Made by a program: the position numbers and the translations under genes. Below are positions 22,922-33,722 of a DNA stretch of 49,967 nucleotides, piece after piece. The notes beneath the pieces are model-generated. The model worked only from the letters and a program-made list of their open reading frames with translations, made no database searches and had not been told where the DNA came from. Origin of the DNA: Ascoidea asiatica JCM 7603 (taxonomy: Eukaryota > Fungi > Ascomycota); NCBI GenBank assembly GCA_001600695.1, contig BCKQ01000004.1, positions 632,089 to 682,055 on the forward strand, in the 5' to 3' direction. Each line of letters begins with the position of its first letter. The first letter of the stretch is position 1.

Positions 22922-24337
22922 ATGTCAACCCCCAAAAGAAATCTTCTTTTAATAAATAATCAAAAAACACCTAAGCTCACTCCTTCTGTTTCTCCGCCAA
23001 AATCAATTTTAAAAAATCATAAAGCTAATATTTTGAACACAAGAGATTATAAAACAAGATCTACAATAAGTTTCAATGATGGAAACAAAGCTCGCACAGA
23101 TCAATTGAATCAAGAAGAAAAGATCGGTATCAAAATTTCGAAGTCTTTTTTCAATAGTCATCCTGAATTGAGTACTGCCATTGAAGAGGATGGTACATTT
23201 AATGCCATAAAAGGCTCTCGTGTTTTATTTTCTGCAAAGAAAACTATTTATGACTTCAATAATGACTTTAGCTATGATGAATCAATAGATTCTGTGAACC
23301 CACTTTTATTAGAGAAACAAAAATTTAAAGTTTCAAAAGAAGAGGAAAAAAAAAAACGAAGTGATGCAAGTGATAATAATTACAATAATAATAATAGTAA
23401 GAATAATAAGAGTAATAACAATCAATTTGAATCTACTAAGAACAATGAGAATGATTTAGATGGGAATTCAAAACAAGTTCAATATATATATACGAGTGAG
23501 TTCAGTGAATTGCCCATTTATAAAAGAGTGTTATATGATCCTCAGGTCCCGTTTATGATTTCATTATACCTGCAATTGATATTTAATATTATGTTATTAT
23601 CTATTGTCTCTTATTTTGGCTTTCAAGTGGTTAAAACAATTAAAACAGATGTTGATAGCAAAGTAGAGTCATATGCTGCTGATATCATACAAGAAATATC
23701 ATTGTGTTCAAGAGAATACTCAAGGAACAATTGTGCACCGGGAAAAAGAGTTCCGGCTCTAGAAGAATCATGTTCTGTTTGGGAAAAATGCATGAATAGA
23801 GATTCAAATACCATAGGAAGAGCAAAAGTTAGTGCTGAAACTTTCAGTGAAATTATAAATGGTTTTATAAAACCAATAAGTTGGAAAAGTATTTTTGTTT
23901 TGACATTGATTACTTTTGGAAGTGTTTTGCTTACCAATGCTACTTTTGGTACTTACAGAATTTATGCTGGCCAAGAATCTAATGGGAATTCTTTTGAAGC
24001 ATCAAGCAATGATAATGATATTAGAGATGCTGCAAATCATGATCAATATGTTCAAAATTCAAATAGTTTAAAACGAATAACTTCTCCCTTAAAATCACTA
24101 ACTCCAAGTTTCAAACAACAAAATGAAATGCCTCAAGATCTAAATACTACTGATGATTTTTATGAAGCCAATAATCTAACTCCAATGCCAGGCTTTATAA
24201 AAATGAGTTCCCCGATTAAATCGACTCCTTTTGTTTCTTCAAATTTTGATTCCTCATTCTATAATTCTAGATTTAGCCCTACTATGGGAGCTAAATTAAG
24301 ACATGATAGACATATTAAATATGATATTGATAACTAG
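22922..24337 (+). CDS. BRL1: Nuclear envelope protein Brl1/Brr6 family
   Basis: 'PFMISLYLQLIFN' TM1, four-Cys lumenal domain 'CSREYSRNNCAPGKRVPALEESCSVWEKCMNRD', 'SAETFSEIINGFIKPISWK' before TM2. Confidence 0.88.
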   Translation: MSTPKRNLLLINNQKTPKLTPSVSPPKSILKNHKANILNTRDYKTRSTISFNDGNKARTDQLNQEEKIGIKISKSFFNSHPELSTAIEEDGTFNAIKGSRVLFSAKKTIYDFNNDFSYDESIDSVNPLLLEKQKFKVSKEEEKKKRSDASDNNYNNNNSKNNKSNNNQFESTKNNENDLDGNSKQVQYIYTSEFSELPIYKRVLYDPQVPFMISLYLQLIFNIMLLSIVSYFGFQVVKTIKTDVDSKVESYAADIIQEISLCSREYSRNNCAPGKRVPALEESCSVWEKCMNRDSNTIGRAKVSAETFSEIINGFIKPISWKSIFVLTLITFGSVLLTNATFGTYRIYAGQESNGNSFEASSNDNDIRDAANHDQYVQNSNSLKRITSPLKSLTPSFKQQNEMPQDLNTTDDFYEANNLTPMPGFIKMSSPIKSTPFVSSNFDSSFYNSRFSPTMGAKLRHDRHIKYDIDN

Positions 24338-24702
24338 TTTATTATTAGTTATATTAAAAACAATTTATCTTATGTAATTTTAGTATCTGTAATAAATAAT
24401 TTTAGGTTTAGCAACATTCAGTATTTAAATTCTGCTTTAACGTTAACTGCATCATAATAAAGCAAAATATGGATGCTGGATGTATCTTGCAGAATCTGCT
24501 CACTTCTCAAATGTTCAACAAATTCGAATCTTGATTCGTTTTAATAACCATAGTTTAACAAAATAAAGTATTGCTATGAGCATTCATCGTATTTCTAAAA
24601 CTATTTAAACAGTGTAAAATTGTTTTTTTTTAGCTAATTATTCCAAAACATTAACAATACAATCTTCAATTACACTATATGTAGGGTAGTTTAATAGGAA
24701 AA

Positions 24703-25194
24703 ATGAATGGAATTATATTAGTTTTAACGCTATTCGCTTTATATTTTATCAAAAAGGTTTTATTTCCAAGCGTACAGGATTCATCGATAGAAATTGATCC
24801 TTTCAAAGAAAATTTAGATTCTGAAAATGGTATTAGTGATGCGGTTGTAATAAAAAATTTTACGCCAAGAACTTTATATAAATTCAATGGCCATGATGAC
24901 GAAAAAGTGTATTTAGCAATAAAAGGGAGAGTATTTGATGTCTCAAGTGGAAGATCGTTTTATGGACCAAGTGGACCTTATGCAAATTTTGCTGGACGTG
25001 ATGCTTCAAGAGGATTAGCTATGAACTCTTTCGAGGAAGATGTAGTTAGAGATTGGGATCAACCTATAGATGATCTTGTAGGATTGAAAAAAGATGAAAT
25101 CCAAGCATTGAATGAATGGGAATCCTTTTTTGAGAAGAAATATATTTGTGTTGGAAATTTGATTCCTGAGACAGCTCCTAAAGTCAATAATTGA
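24703..25194 (+). CDS. DAP1: Membrane-associated heme/steroid-binding cytochrome b5-like protein Dap1
   Basis: N-terminal TM; '[11 protein letters not shown]...[30 protein letters not shown]'. Confidence 0.92.
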   Translation: MNGIILVLTLFALYFIKKVLFPSVQDSSIEIDPFKENLDSENGISDAVVIKNFTPRTLYKFNGHDDEKVYLAIKGRVFDVSSGRSFYGPSGPYANFAGRDASRGLAMNSFEEDVVRDWDQPIDDLVGLKKDEIQALNEWESFFEKKYICVGNLIPETAPKVNN

Positions 25195-25528
25195 GCAAGA
25201 CGATTTTTTTCGTTTTTAATTTGCTCTGAAGGATAATAAGCTTTACTAATACTCAAAAAATGACTTTATAGTAATTACATTGGCTTTATCACAAAGGTGG
25301 TAATTTTTTTAAAAATATAACTGAAATGTTTATTGAATTTTTGAGTTGATCGATTGAAAAATGAAATAGATTTCAATAAAAAGAAGTACTAATTCTAACA
25401 AAATTCAATAACTGTTTAAGAAAATAATTTTGTAATTTAATTGTATATTTTTTAACATAGGTCTGGAATAATATTGTAGATTTTGATACTGTAATACTCT
25501 ATGATATTTACAATGGAAAGTATTAAGA

Positions 25529-25535
25529 CGGGTAA
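25529..25535 (-). promoter_or_regulatory. Reb1 site (TTACCCG) upstream of DCN1
   Basis: CGGGTAA on the + strand, about 180 bp before the ATG. Confidence 0.45.
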
Positions 25536-25714
25536 CTTACTTTTTCATCAATTTTGAAGAGCCATAAAGTTAATCGTCACCATACATTCAGCCATTCTGA
25601 TAAGAAAAACACATCTAAATTAATATACTGTATGTCTTTGAACTGGGGAGAACAACGAAAAGAAGCAGCAACAAATGTTACTTCAAAAAATTATTTCTCA
25701 TCAAAAAATATAGC

Positions 25715-26616
25715 ATGCTTTCTGTAAGTATAATTTTTGGATATGCTACATTTTGTTATAACGGAATACTAACTCTATTCTTTAGGACTCTCAAGAACTA
25801 CTAAGGTCAAAATTCAGTAATATAACCGGTGTATCAAAAGCTTCGTCTGTAAATTGGTTAGAAACCTTTGATTGGAATATTGAAAGAACATTGAACGAAT
25901 TCTATGCTGATAATAAGCAAATGCAGAACAGTTCAACAACATTTAAAAGAACATTCAAAACAATTTTTAAACCGAATGAGAAAAGAAAAAAAATGCCTAA
26001 AAATAATACCGCTAAGTTAGAACAAATATATCAAAAATATATGGATCCTGAAAATGAAGAACAGATTAATATTGAAGGAACTATTGAATATATTGAAGCC
26101 TTAGGATTTGACCCAGAGGATAGAAAAGCGTTGATACTCGCTTATCTTCTAGAATCCCCAACAATGGGTCTATTCACCCGAAATTCTTTCATGGAAAAAT
26201 GGAGTGAATATAATGCATTTTCAATATCTGCGATGTCAAAAAAAATAATTGAAGTTGACAGGAAATTCGACGAAGATATTGAGACTCTCAAAATGATTTA
26301 TACTTATACTTTTGGTTTTGTTTTGGAAAAAGATCAAAGGTCAATGGCTCCTGACGTTGCTATAGATTATTGGAAACTATTATTATCGAATCGTTTTCCG
26401 GAGAAAATAAATAGCTGGACGCAGTTTATTGAAACAGTGTGGAAAAAATCAATATCAAGGGATGTTTGGAATATGACTTTAGAATTTATGATAAAATTTG
26501 AAAATGACCAAAAATATGATTCTTGGGATGAAATGGAAGCATGGCCTGGAGTTATAGATGATTTTGTTGCCTATGTAAGACAAAGTATTGCCCCAGAAGA
26601 AGAAGATATTTTTTGA
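25715..26616 (+). CDS. DCN1: NEDD8 E3 Dcn1; spliced, exons 25715-25723 and 25786-26616 (279 aa)
   Basis: ATG CTT TCT|GTAAGT...TACTAAC(25767)...TAG, a 62-nt phase-0 intron. Splicing restores the UBA-like N-terminus ('FSNITGVS...WLETFDWNIE'). PONY domain 'SISRDVWN...AWPGVIDDFV'. Confidence 0.92.
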
Positions 26617-27005
26617 AGACTTTTTAGTCTTGATAAAACGAAGTATTTTGTAGTGATGGAAAAAATGAGAAACTTTCATTTACTTTAAAAATATTTAATT
26701 GCTTGTTATTCCCTGAATCGTAATGCTCGAATGTGGTTATTAAGATTTGGTTTCTCTACAAATTTGAACAGTGACAACTTCAAAAAATAAAGTTTACTCT
26801 TAAACCAGAAAATTCTAAATAGTATCTTTATATTTCCTTTTTTCTAATAATAGTTTTTTTCTGATCACTTGCAAAATTGGAATTTAAAATAAAAATTGTG
26901 TACGTTAAGCTTTGTAGAAGTTATAAATAAAGTTAATCATCCTACTAAATGACCACACAAAATTGGTTCAAAAGTTCTTTAGAAACCCTTTTTCAATGCC
27001 ATAAA

Positions 27006-27077
27006 GGGTCTGTCCGGGAATCGAACCCGGGACCACCATCACCCTAAGATGGTATCATACTTCTAGACCAACAGACC
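27006..27077 (-). tRNA. tRNA-Pro (anticodon AGG), intronless, 72 nt
   Basis: Reverse complement GGTCTGT-TG-GTCTAGAAGTATGAT-A-CCATC-TTAGGGT-GATGG-TGGTC-CCGGG-TTCGATT-CCCGG-ACAGACC-C folds as a cloverleaf with a canonical B box. Confidence 0.95.
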
Positions 27078-27323
27078 TTAAACTTAAAACAGTTTTAAGC
27101 AAATATATAAAGCTATTTTTCATTTTAAAACAAATGGTTACAAAATACAAAATATTTTGTGCTATACAATACAGAATTGCCTTATGCAATCGTAAAGACA
27201 TCCATAAAAAAGAAATTCACATAAAAAAAAAACAAGCCTGTCATTTTATTATTATAAAAAAATAATAAGTTACTAATACAACAACTATAAAACCCATATA
27301 TAATTCTCGAAATAGGAAACGAA

Positions 27324-27840
27324 TTAAATAGCCATTTTTTTCTCCATTTGAGAATGAAAATCTTTATTTGAGTTTTCAAAACCAGTATAAATATCCTCCC
27401 AGTCAACTGAACTATCTTTATTTAGGAGAATATCTCTGTGAACATTACCATTGCCTTCAAAATAATCTGGCTTAAAGTCAATTTTACTAACAATCTCTAG
27501 TTCCATTGATCTTTTTAAAGGTTCACCTAATCCAAACAATAGTCTATATTGCTCCATTTTAAGATCATGTTGAGTTTCTTCCCAGTTTTTAACACGGTTT
27601 TCCAATGGATGTCTATTATTAATTTGTGATGATAAGGATATAGGAGCTCCATTCTTTAAAGAATCTTGCAACGATGGAATTGAATTAGCAAATTCACCAT
27701 ATTGTATTGTATTAATTGATGTTGGTTGGGAGTTTGGAGGAACAATTCTAAGATTCTATATTTAATCGAAATTGTTAGTTTCTAGTTTTTTTCTATACAC
27801 CAAAAGAATGAAAAATTATAACGTATTTACATACACCCAT
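27324..27840 (-). CDS. UMP1: Proteasome maturation factor Ump1; spliced, exons 27840-27835 and 27755-27324 (145 aa)
   Basis: ATG GGT|GTATGT...ACTAAC...TAG, a 79-nt intron, gives 'MGNLRIVPP'. Motifs 'HPLENRVKNWEET', 'FGLGEPLKRSMEL', 'HRDILLNK...VDWEDIY', 'FHSQMEKK'. Confidence 0.93.
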
Positions 27841-27948
27841 GCTGGAAGTTATTTATTTATTATCTAAAAGGATTGAAGTTCTTTACTTTCTTGCTTTAAT
27901 TGTTTTTGCAATATCTGCTAACCTGAAACTAAATAATTATAAGCTTCA

Positions 27949-27956
27949 AGTGGCAA
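27949..27956. promoter_or_regulatory. Rpn4/PACE-like element AGTGGCAA upstream of UMP1
   Basis: Variant of GGTGGCAAA, about 110 bp upstream of a proteasome gene. Confidence 0.5.
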
Positions 27957-28281
27957 TTATCAACATTTCAATCAAAAAAAATTGAAGATTATATACAATG
28001 CGGAAAAACTGCGGAAAAGGATGGATATTATATTTTCCGTAGTTTTAAATTGTTCTGCAATAAGAATTGGATGCTGGATGACAGTTATCGGCTCTTTGTT
28101 TCCCGTTTTTTTTTATTTTTTTCCCATTTAACAGTTCAATTCTATTTTATATTCTCTAGGAATTGCGTTTATTGAAGGATTTCTTGATGGAAAATGTTAT
28201 TATTATTTTAACATTAGTTAGCGATACCTAAATTTTCAAAAATAAAAAGATTTTAAAGAAAGCCATGGTTAATATTTCAAT

Positions 28282-29307
28282 ATGACAGCTTCAAATATGT
28301 TAATGGAATCAACTTCCTTCAATACTAATTCAGAAAACTCTTTATTCAAACTACGTTATAAATTATCAAATAATCATTCGAATAATATTACATGTCTAAA
28401 AATATCTCCCAATGGAAAATTATTCGCAACTAGCTCTTCAGATAAAATTATCAAAATATTTAATCTTCATAACGGGAATAAGCTTTGCGAATTTGAAGGA
28501 CATCTAAAAGGTATATCAGATATTGATTTCTCACCATGTTCTAATTATCTAGCTTCAGGATCAGATGACTATACTATTAGAATTTGGTCATTAAAATACT
28601 ACAAATTAGTAAGAATTCTCATTGGTCATACTTATCATGTCACTTGTGTCAAATTCAATTACAAAGGAAATTTACTAGTTTCTGGTTCAAATGATGAGGC
28701 TATAAGAGTTTGGGATACATATGGTGGAAAATGTTTAAAGACTCTTTCAACTCATTCTGATCCTATATCTTCAATTGATATAATATGGGATGGAACCATA
28801 ATTGCTAGTGGTAGTTATGATGGTTTAATAAGATTATATGATACTGGATCAGGACAATGCTTAAAAACATTAATGTATGACAGAAACGATATTAGTACAT
28901 TTCCAATAAGCTTTATCAGATTTAGCCCTAATGGGAAATATATTCTATCAAGTACTTTGGATGGGAAACTTAGGCTATGGGATTATATGAACAACAAAAT
29001 TGTAAAGACCTACCAAGGGTATTTCACCTCGAAAACACAAGAGATAAAACATTTATCGATAGCTGAGAAATATACTTGCAGTACTGAATTTATAACTTGC
29101 ACTAAAACGCCATTAATTGCTTCTGGTTCGGAATCTGGAAAAATTTTTTTATGGGATATTCAAACAAGAAAAATAGTATCCATTTTAGAGACTAGTCAAA
29201 ACTCTCCTGTATTACAAATACATACATATAATGAAGGAAAAACTCTTGGTTCAATAACTTTGAATGGTCATATTCAAATATGGGACTTAGATGAAGAAAA
29301 AGCTTAA
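28282..29307 (+). CDS. SWD3: COMPASS WD40 subunit Swd3 (WDR5 orthologue)
   Basis: Seven WD40 repeats; 'GHLKGISD', 'GKCLKTLSTHSDPIS', 'SGSYDGLIR..DTGSGQCLKTL', 'FSPNGKYIL', 'EKY'. Confidence 0.9.
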   Translation: MTASNMLMESTSFNTNSENSLFKLRYKLSNNHSNNITCLKISPNGKLFATSSSDKIIKIFNLHNGNKLCEFEGHLKGISDIDFSPCSNYLASGSDDYTIRIWSLKYYKLVRILIGHTYHVTCVKFNYKGNLLVSGSNDEAIRVWDTYGGKCLKTLSTHSDPISSIDIIWDGTIIASGSYDGLIRLYDTGSGQCLKTLMYDRNDISTFPISFIRFSPNGKYILSSTLDGKLRLWDYMNNKIVKTYQGYFTSKTQEIKHLSIAEKYTCSTEFITCTKTPLIASGSESGKIFLWDIQTRKIVSILETSQNSPVLQIHTYNEGKTLGSITLNGHIQIWDLDEEKA

Positions 29308-29683
29308 AAGCAGTTGACCCAGTTTCAGCAACTGCAACTTTGCGGGCGGACGACTCTTTTCAATGTAAATCTATGATTATTCACATAAATTTATAGAATC
29401 ATATAGTTGCACTATAAATTCTGATTTAAATAAATATTTGAAAGCTCTAAAATGAATTCAGGTGGTAGAAATGCCGAGATCGAAAATAAAATCTCGAAAA
29501 TAAAATTCATCAGATTTATTATAAATGTCTTTTTCTTTTGGGCGCTTAATTTTTTCTTTTTTATTTAAACTTATGAATATTTCTACTATTAGTTATTTAA
29601 TCCTCTGTCAATTACTTATTAGTTACATTAAACTCAAACAAAACTTAACTATATCATTCTAATTTACAAACTTGTTAAGCCAG

Positions 29684-32600
29684 ATGTCGTTTTTTAGAGA
29701 TATTTCCAATGGAAATTCTTTTAAGTCTCGTCAAAATATATTTTCAAGCATAAAAAATTCAGACGCAAAAAATCATTCAATAGAACAAGACGCCTATGAT
29801 GATTCTTCAATGAATGATTCCATAGAAAGTTTAAATGATAATGCCCAAGAATTAGGAAATTTCCCTTTTGAATCTCAAAATCTGTGTGAATTTAATCAAG
29901 TGCATCATAAAGAGAATTTTAGTTCAAGATCAAATTTACTGAAAAAGAACAATACCAATAGCAGATCAAAAAACATTTCAGATTCATCTAGTTGCAATAT
30001 TCAATCATTTACTGATGTTCCATCTAATTCAACATTTTCTTCAGAGATTTCCAAGGCTAAAAGTAATGATTTAATTATTAAAAATGATAAAGAAAATTAT
30101 AAGCATCATAAAATAACAAAGATATCCAGTTCCAGTGGACGGGTTTCAGCCAATTCTGAGAACTCACTAGTTGAAACAGAATTCAATACAAATAATCAAA
30201 ACAAACTAGATAGTAAAATGGATTATTTACCAAAAAGAACTTCAACCCCTAAAATTGTTGGTCCTCAACCATCATATAATTTTTTCAATTATAATAAAGA
30301 AAATCCAGTTAAAGAAAAAAATCTGGACAAAATTCATGCTTATTCCAATAATGACTCTAGAGAAATGAGAAAATCTCAAGGTGATATAGATGTAGATTCG
30401 TCTTTCAATCCTCTCTTTTTATCTGTTACTCATTTACAAAATTCAAAAATTAGGATGGAAGAAAAATTAAAGTCTCTTAACGAAGAATTGACTTTAAAAT
30501 CTAATCAAATAATCTGTTATGAAAAAACTCAAAAAAAAATCAACTCTCAAGTTAACTCTTTTAAAATCACTCTTAAAGATTTAGAAAATACAATTCTTAT
30601 TCTGGAAATCAAAAAAAAAGAATATCAAACAAAATTTGAATCATGCTTTAATGAGTTAAATACTCTTCAAAAAGTATCTGCAGAGATGAAAGTAGATCTA
30701 GAAGAATCAAAATCCCATCTGAACTCATACAATGGGAAGTTTTGTATTTTAAATCAAGAATTGAATTACAGTAAGTATTTTCTTTTTTATTTTCACTTGG
30801 ATACTTTAATTTCTACTTCAATAATACTAACAATGCTGCTTTAGAAACAATAACAATTAACACTTTAAAAGACCAAGTAGATGATATTTCAGGAAGACTG
30901 TCTGAAGAAAAAATGCTATCAGCAGAGTTGGCAAATAAATTAGAATCTGCGAGCAAAATTAACTTCGTATCAATGGAAGAAGAAAAAAAAAATAAATTGA
31001 AGTTTGACAAAGAATTTTTGAATAATCTAGAAGATCTCAGAAAAACAATTGATGAACAGCAAAAGTATTCTACTACTCTTTTATCTATTTTTATTTTTAT
31101 TTTTTCTTAAATCACTTTACTAATAATTTTTAGTTTTCAATCCAAAGAGCTGAACGATCATACAAAACTAATAAAATCTGAAATGGAAGCTCTGGCCACT
31201 AGCGTTGCTAACAAGTAATTATCACTTTCTCATTATTTCTAATAATTTTTTTCAATGGTTTCTGTATAAACTAACAAATTTGAAAAAGTCTTAATATCTC
31301 TGATGAGGCTAAAATGAATAAAACCAAGGAAGTTTCAAACGTTTTTGAATCATTTGTTGTTGAAACAAGGAAAAGTATTGAAGATCATTTGAATTCTATA
31401 AAAGATATTGTTGGAAATATTCAAAAAAGAACTGATCAATTAGAGGACTCTATAAACTCAAAGGAGAAAAATATTGTCGATACTGTAAAATCAGAGACAA
31501 CTATTTTAGGTACTTCTAGTCAAGATATTTTGAGTTCCATTTTATTGAAAATTGAAGGCCTTCAATCATTTTTGGCTGAGGTTAATGAAATGAAAACTTT
31601 AGAAACTACAATATTTGAGCTAAAACGTGAAAATACAGAACTAGTCAATGAACTTTCAAGAATAAAGGGAAGCTACGAGAAATTAGAGGTCAACAATAAA
31701 TCATTAATTTCAGGTATTAATGAATTAAGAAGTAAACTAATTAAAAAAAACTCGGAAAGGGATAACTTAATTGAAAAGGTTCGTCTATAATTTTGTTTTA
31801 GAAACCAAAAACTTAATTGTCTATTTTACTAACCAAATTTTTAGATTGGGTTGCTGGAAAATAATATTGAAATAAGAAAGCAAGAAGAAAAGAATATTGT
31901 TAAAAATAATGAGATTGAGAAGACTTTTCGTGAAAAAGAATTTCAGTGTTATCTTGAAAATGAAAAAGAAAAGGTTTTAGTTCTTAAGAAAGAAAATGAT
32001 AGTGCTGAAGATATTTACAAGAATAAAGTAAGTGTTTTTTCCCAATTTAATTGATGAGCTACAATGATCAAGAATAAAGATACTAATTTTTTTTTTTGTA
32101 AGATCATGGACTTGGAGAAAGCTTTAAAAGAAAGTAAAGCGGAAATTTCAACTTTAAGGGATAGTTTTTCTAAAATAGATGGGAACTCTAGAATCGAATT
32201 CGCTGAGACTTTAAAATCGAATGGAAGTCTTTTGTTCTTGTTGAATGAAAAATGTGATACTCTTGAAAGCAATCTGACAGATAAGGTACGATATTTCCTT
32301 GGATACATGTTTTTATTGACAACCCAATCTCAAATACTAATTTATTTATTTTCTTCAGTTATCTGGGCTAAATGAGATTTTAACATCAAAAGAAGAAACT
32401 TTTCTCAAAAAAGAATTATCTCAAAAGGAATCCGAAAATGAAATAAAAAATATACTACCCAAATATTTTGATTCAATTAAAAAAGAAATTGGTCAAGTTA
32501 AAACAGATTTTAAGCAGTTCAAATCCAAATCTGATACTCAAATGCGTTCTCAAGTAAGCACTTCAAATTCAAATAGTATTTTTCAATAGATAAATCAATG

Positions 32601-33349
32601 TTATTTACTAACAATTTTTACTTTTTGCTGTTGGATAGATTATGAGAATTCAAACATTATTGGATAAAAAAGAAGATGAGATTAGAAAAAAGGATGGGAT
32701 ATTGAATGATGCGATTAATAATAATACTTTTCTCCAAAAAAAAATTGATTCTTTGTCTCAAAAAGTTGTTGAATTCGAGAAGGACAGTAATACTTTGGCA
32801 AAAAAAGTAAGTAGTAATTGGAACTTTAAAATTTTTTCGTTCTTTTGCATAATTTATTAACACAAAACATTGAATCCAAAGGTTGAAGATAATGTTCCCG
32901 AATTAAAGTCAAAGAGCAAAAGATTTGCTTTTGAATCAAAAGTCACTTTTGCAAATCCCGAAACAAATACCACCGCTGAAACGCTTACCACAAATAACAA
33001 AGAAAAAAAAAATGTAAGTTTTTCCCCACATTCATTAACTGTGTGATCTTTTTTTTATATTTATTTTTGATCAATTACACTAACCTTCCATAATTATCAG
33101 AACTTACTGTTATTGCCTATGAACTATGGTAATTCTAAATTGAGAAGTAAAACTGAAACAAAAGAATCAAGAACTAAGCGTGTAGCAACCTTTTCAACTT
33201 ATGAAGCTCAACAAAGTCAAACCTTTTCAAAAAGAAGGGTGCTAATAGATTCTGAAGAGTTGTTTGATGCTTCAGAAAATGATGATTCTTTAGTGAAAGC
33301 TTTCAGTGCAAAGACGAAAAAATACGGAAAAAGAAAAAAGCTTTTGTAA
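29684..33349 (+). CDS. ZIP1: Synaptonemal complex transverse filament protein Zip1; 10 exons, 995 aa. Exons 29684-30770, 30845-31064, 31134-31214, 31289-31778, 31845-32027, 32103-32285, 32359-32553, 32639-32806, 32882-33013, 33101-33349
   Basis: N-terminus 'MSFFRDISNGNSFKSRQNIFS' resembles recalled S. cerevisiae Zip1 '[20 protein letters not shown]'. Also 'DDISGRLSEEK' (cf. 'DDCSGQLSEEK'), a long coiled coil and a basic C-terminus. Nine GT..branch..AG introns of 66-87 nt join all fragments in frame (2988 nt). Confidence 0.85.
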
Positions 33350-33722
33350 TTCTTTTTCAATAACTCTATTTTCAAGTATTTCGTTTTCCGTAAAAGTTAG
33401 CTTTCTGTGAGAATTAGATAAATATTGTTTGCTACAGAATGGAATGAGGAATTTAAAATCATACATAATAAAAGATTTTATAAAGGTATATTGTTATGAA
33501 TGTTTAGCTTTAATAAAGCTTAGGTAGTCAATAAATTTTTTATTCAAGTTGAGAAGAGGTTTAACTACCATCAAAGGAAGTATAGTCATAAACAAGTTAA
33601 TGTAGAGCATATCTTACAAACTCTTTACATAGTATTTACTGTACAGCTGAATTGATCTTACACTCATAAAGTTAACCAATTATGAGCATTACAGCATTTT
33701 CAACCACAGATTGAATAGATAA

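Noticed and set aside
24576-24702. Possible upstream exon/intron for DAP1 (TAG at 24684 in frame)
   Set aside because: No phase-compatible ATG plus donor was found; the existing start already gives a complete TM.
29342-29352. URS1/Ume6-like GGGCGGAC upstream of ZIP1
   Set aside because: Does not match the GGCGGC core; too weak to call.
29684-33349. Pseudogene or programmed frameshift explanation for the fragmented coiled-coil ORFs
   Set aside because: Every break coincides with donor, branch and acceptor signals that restore the frame.
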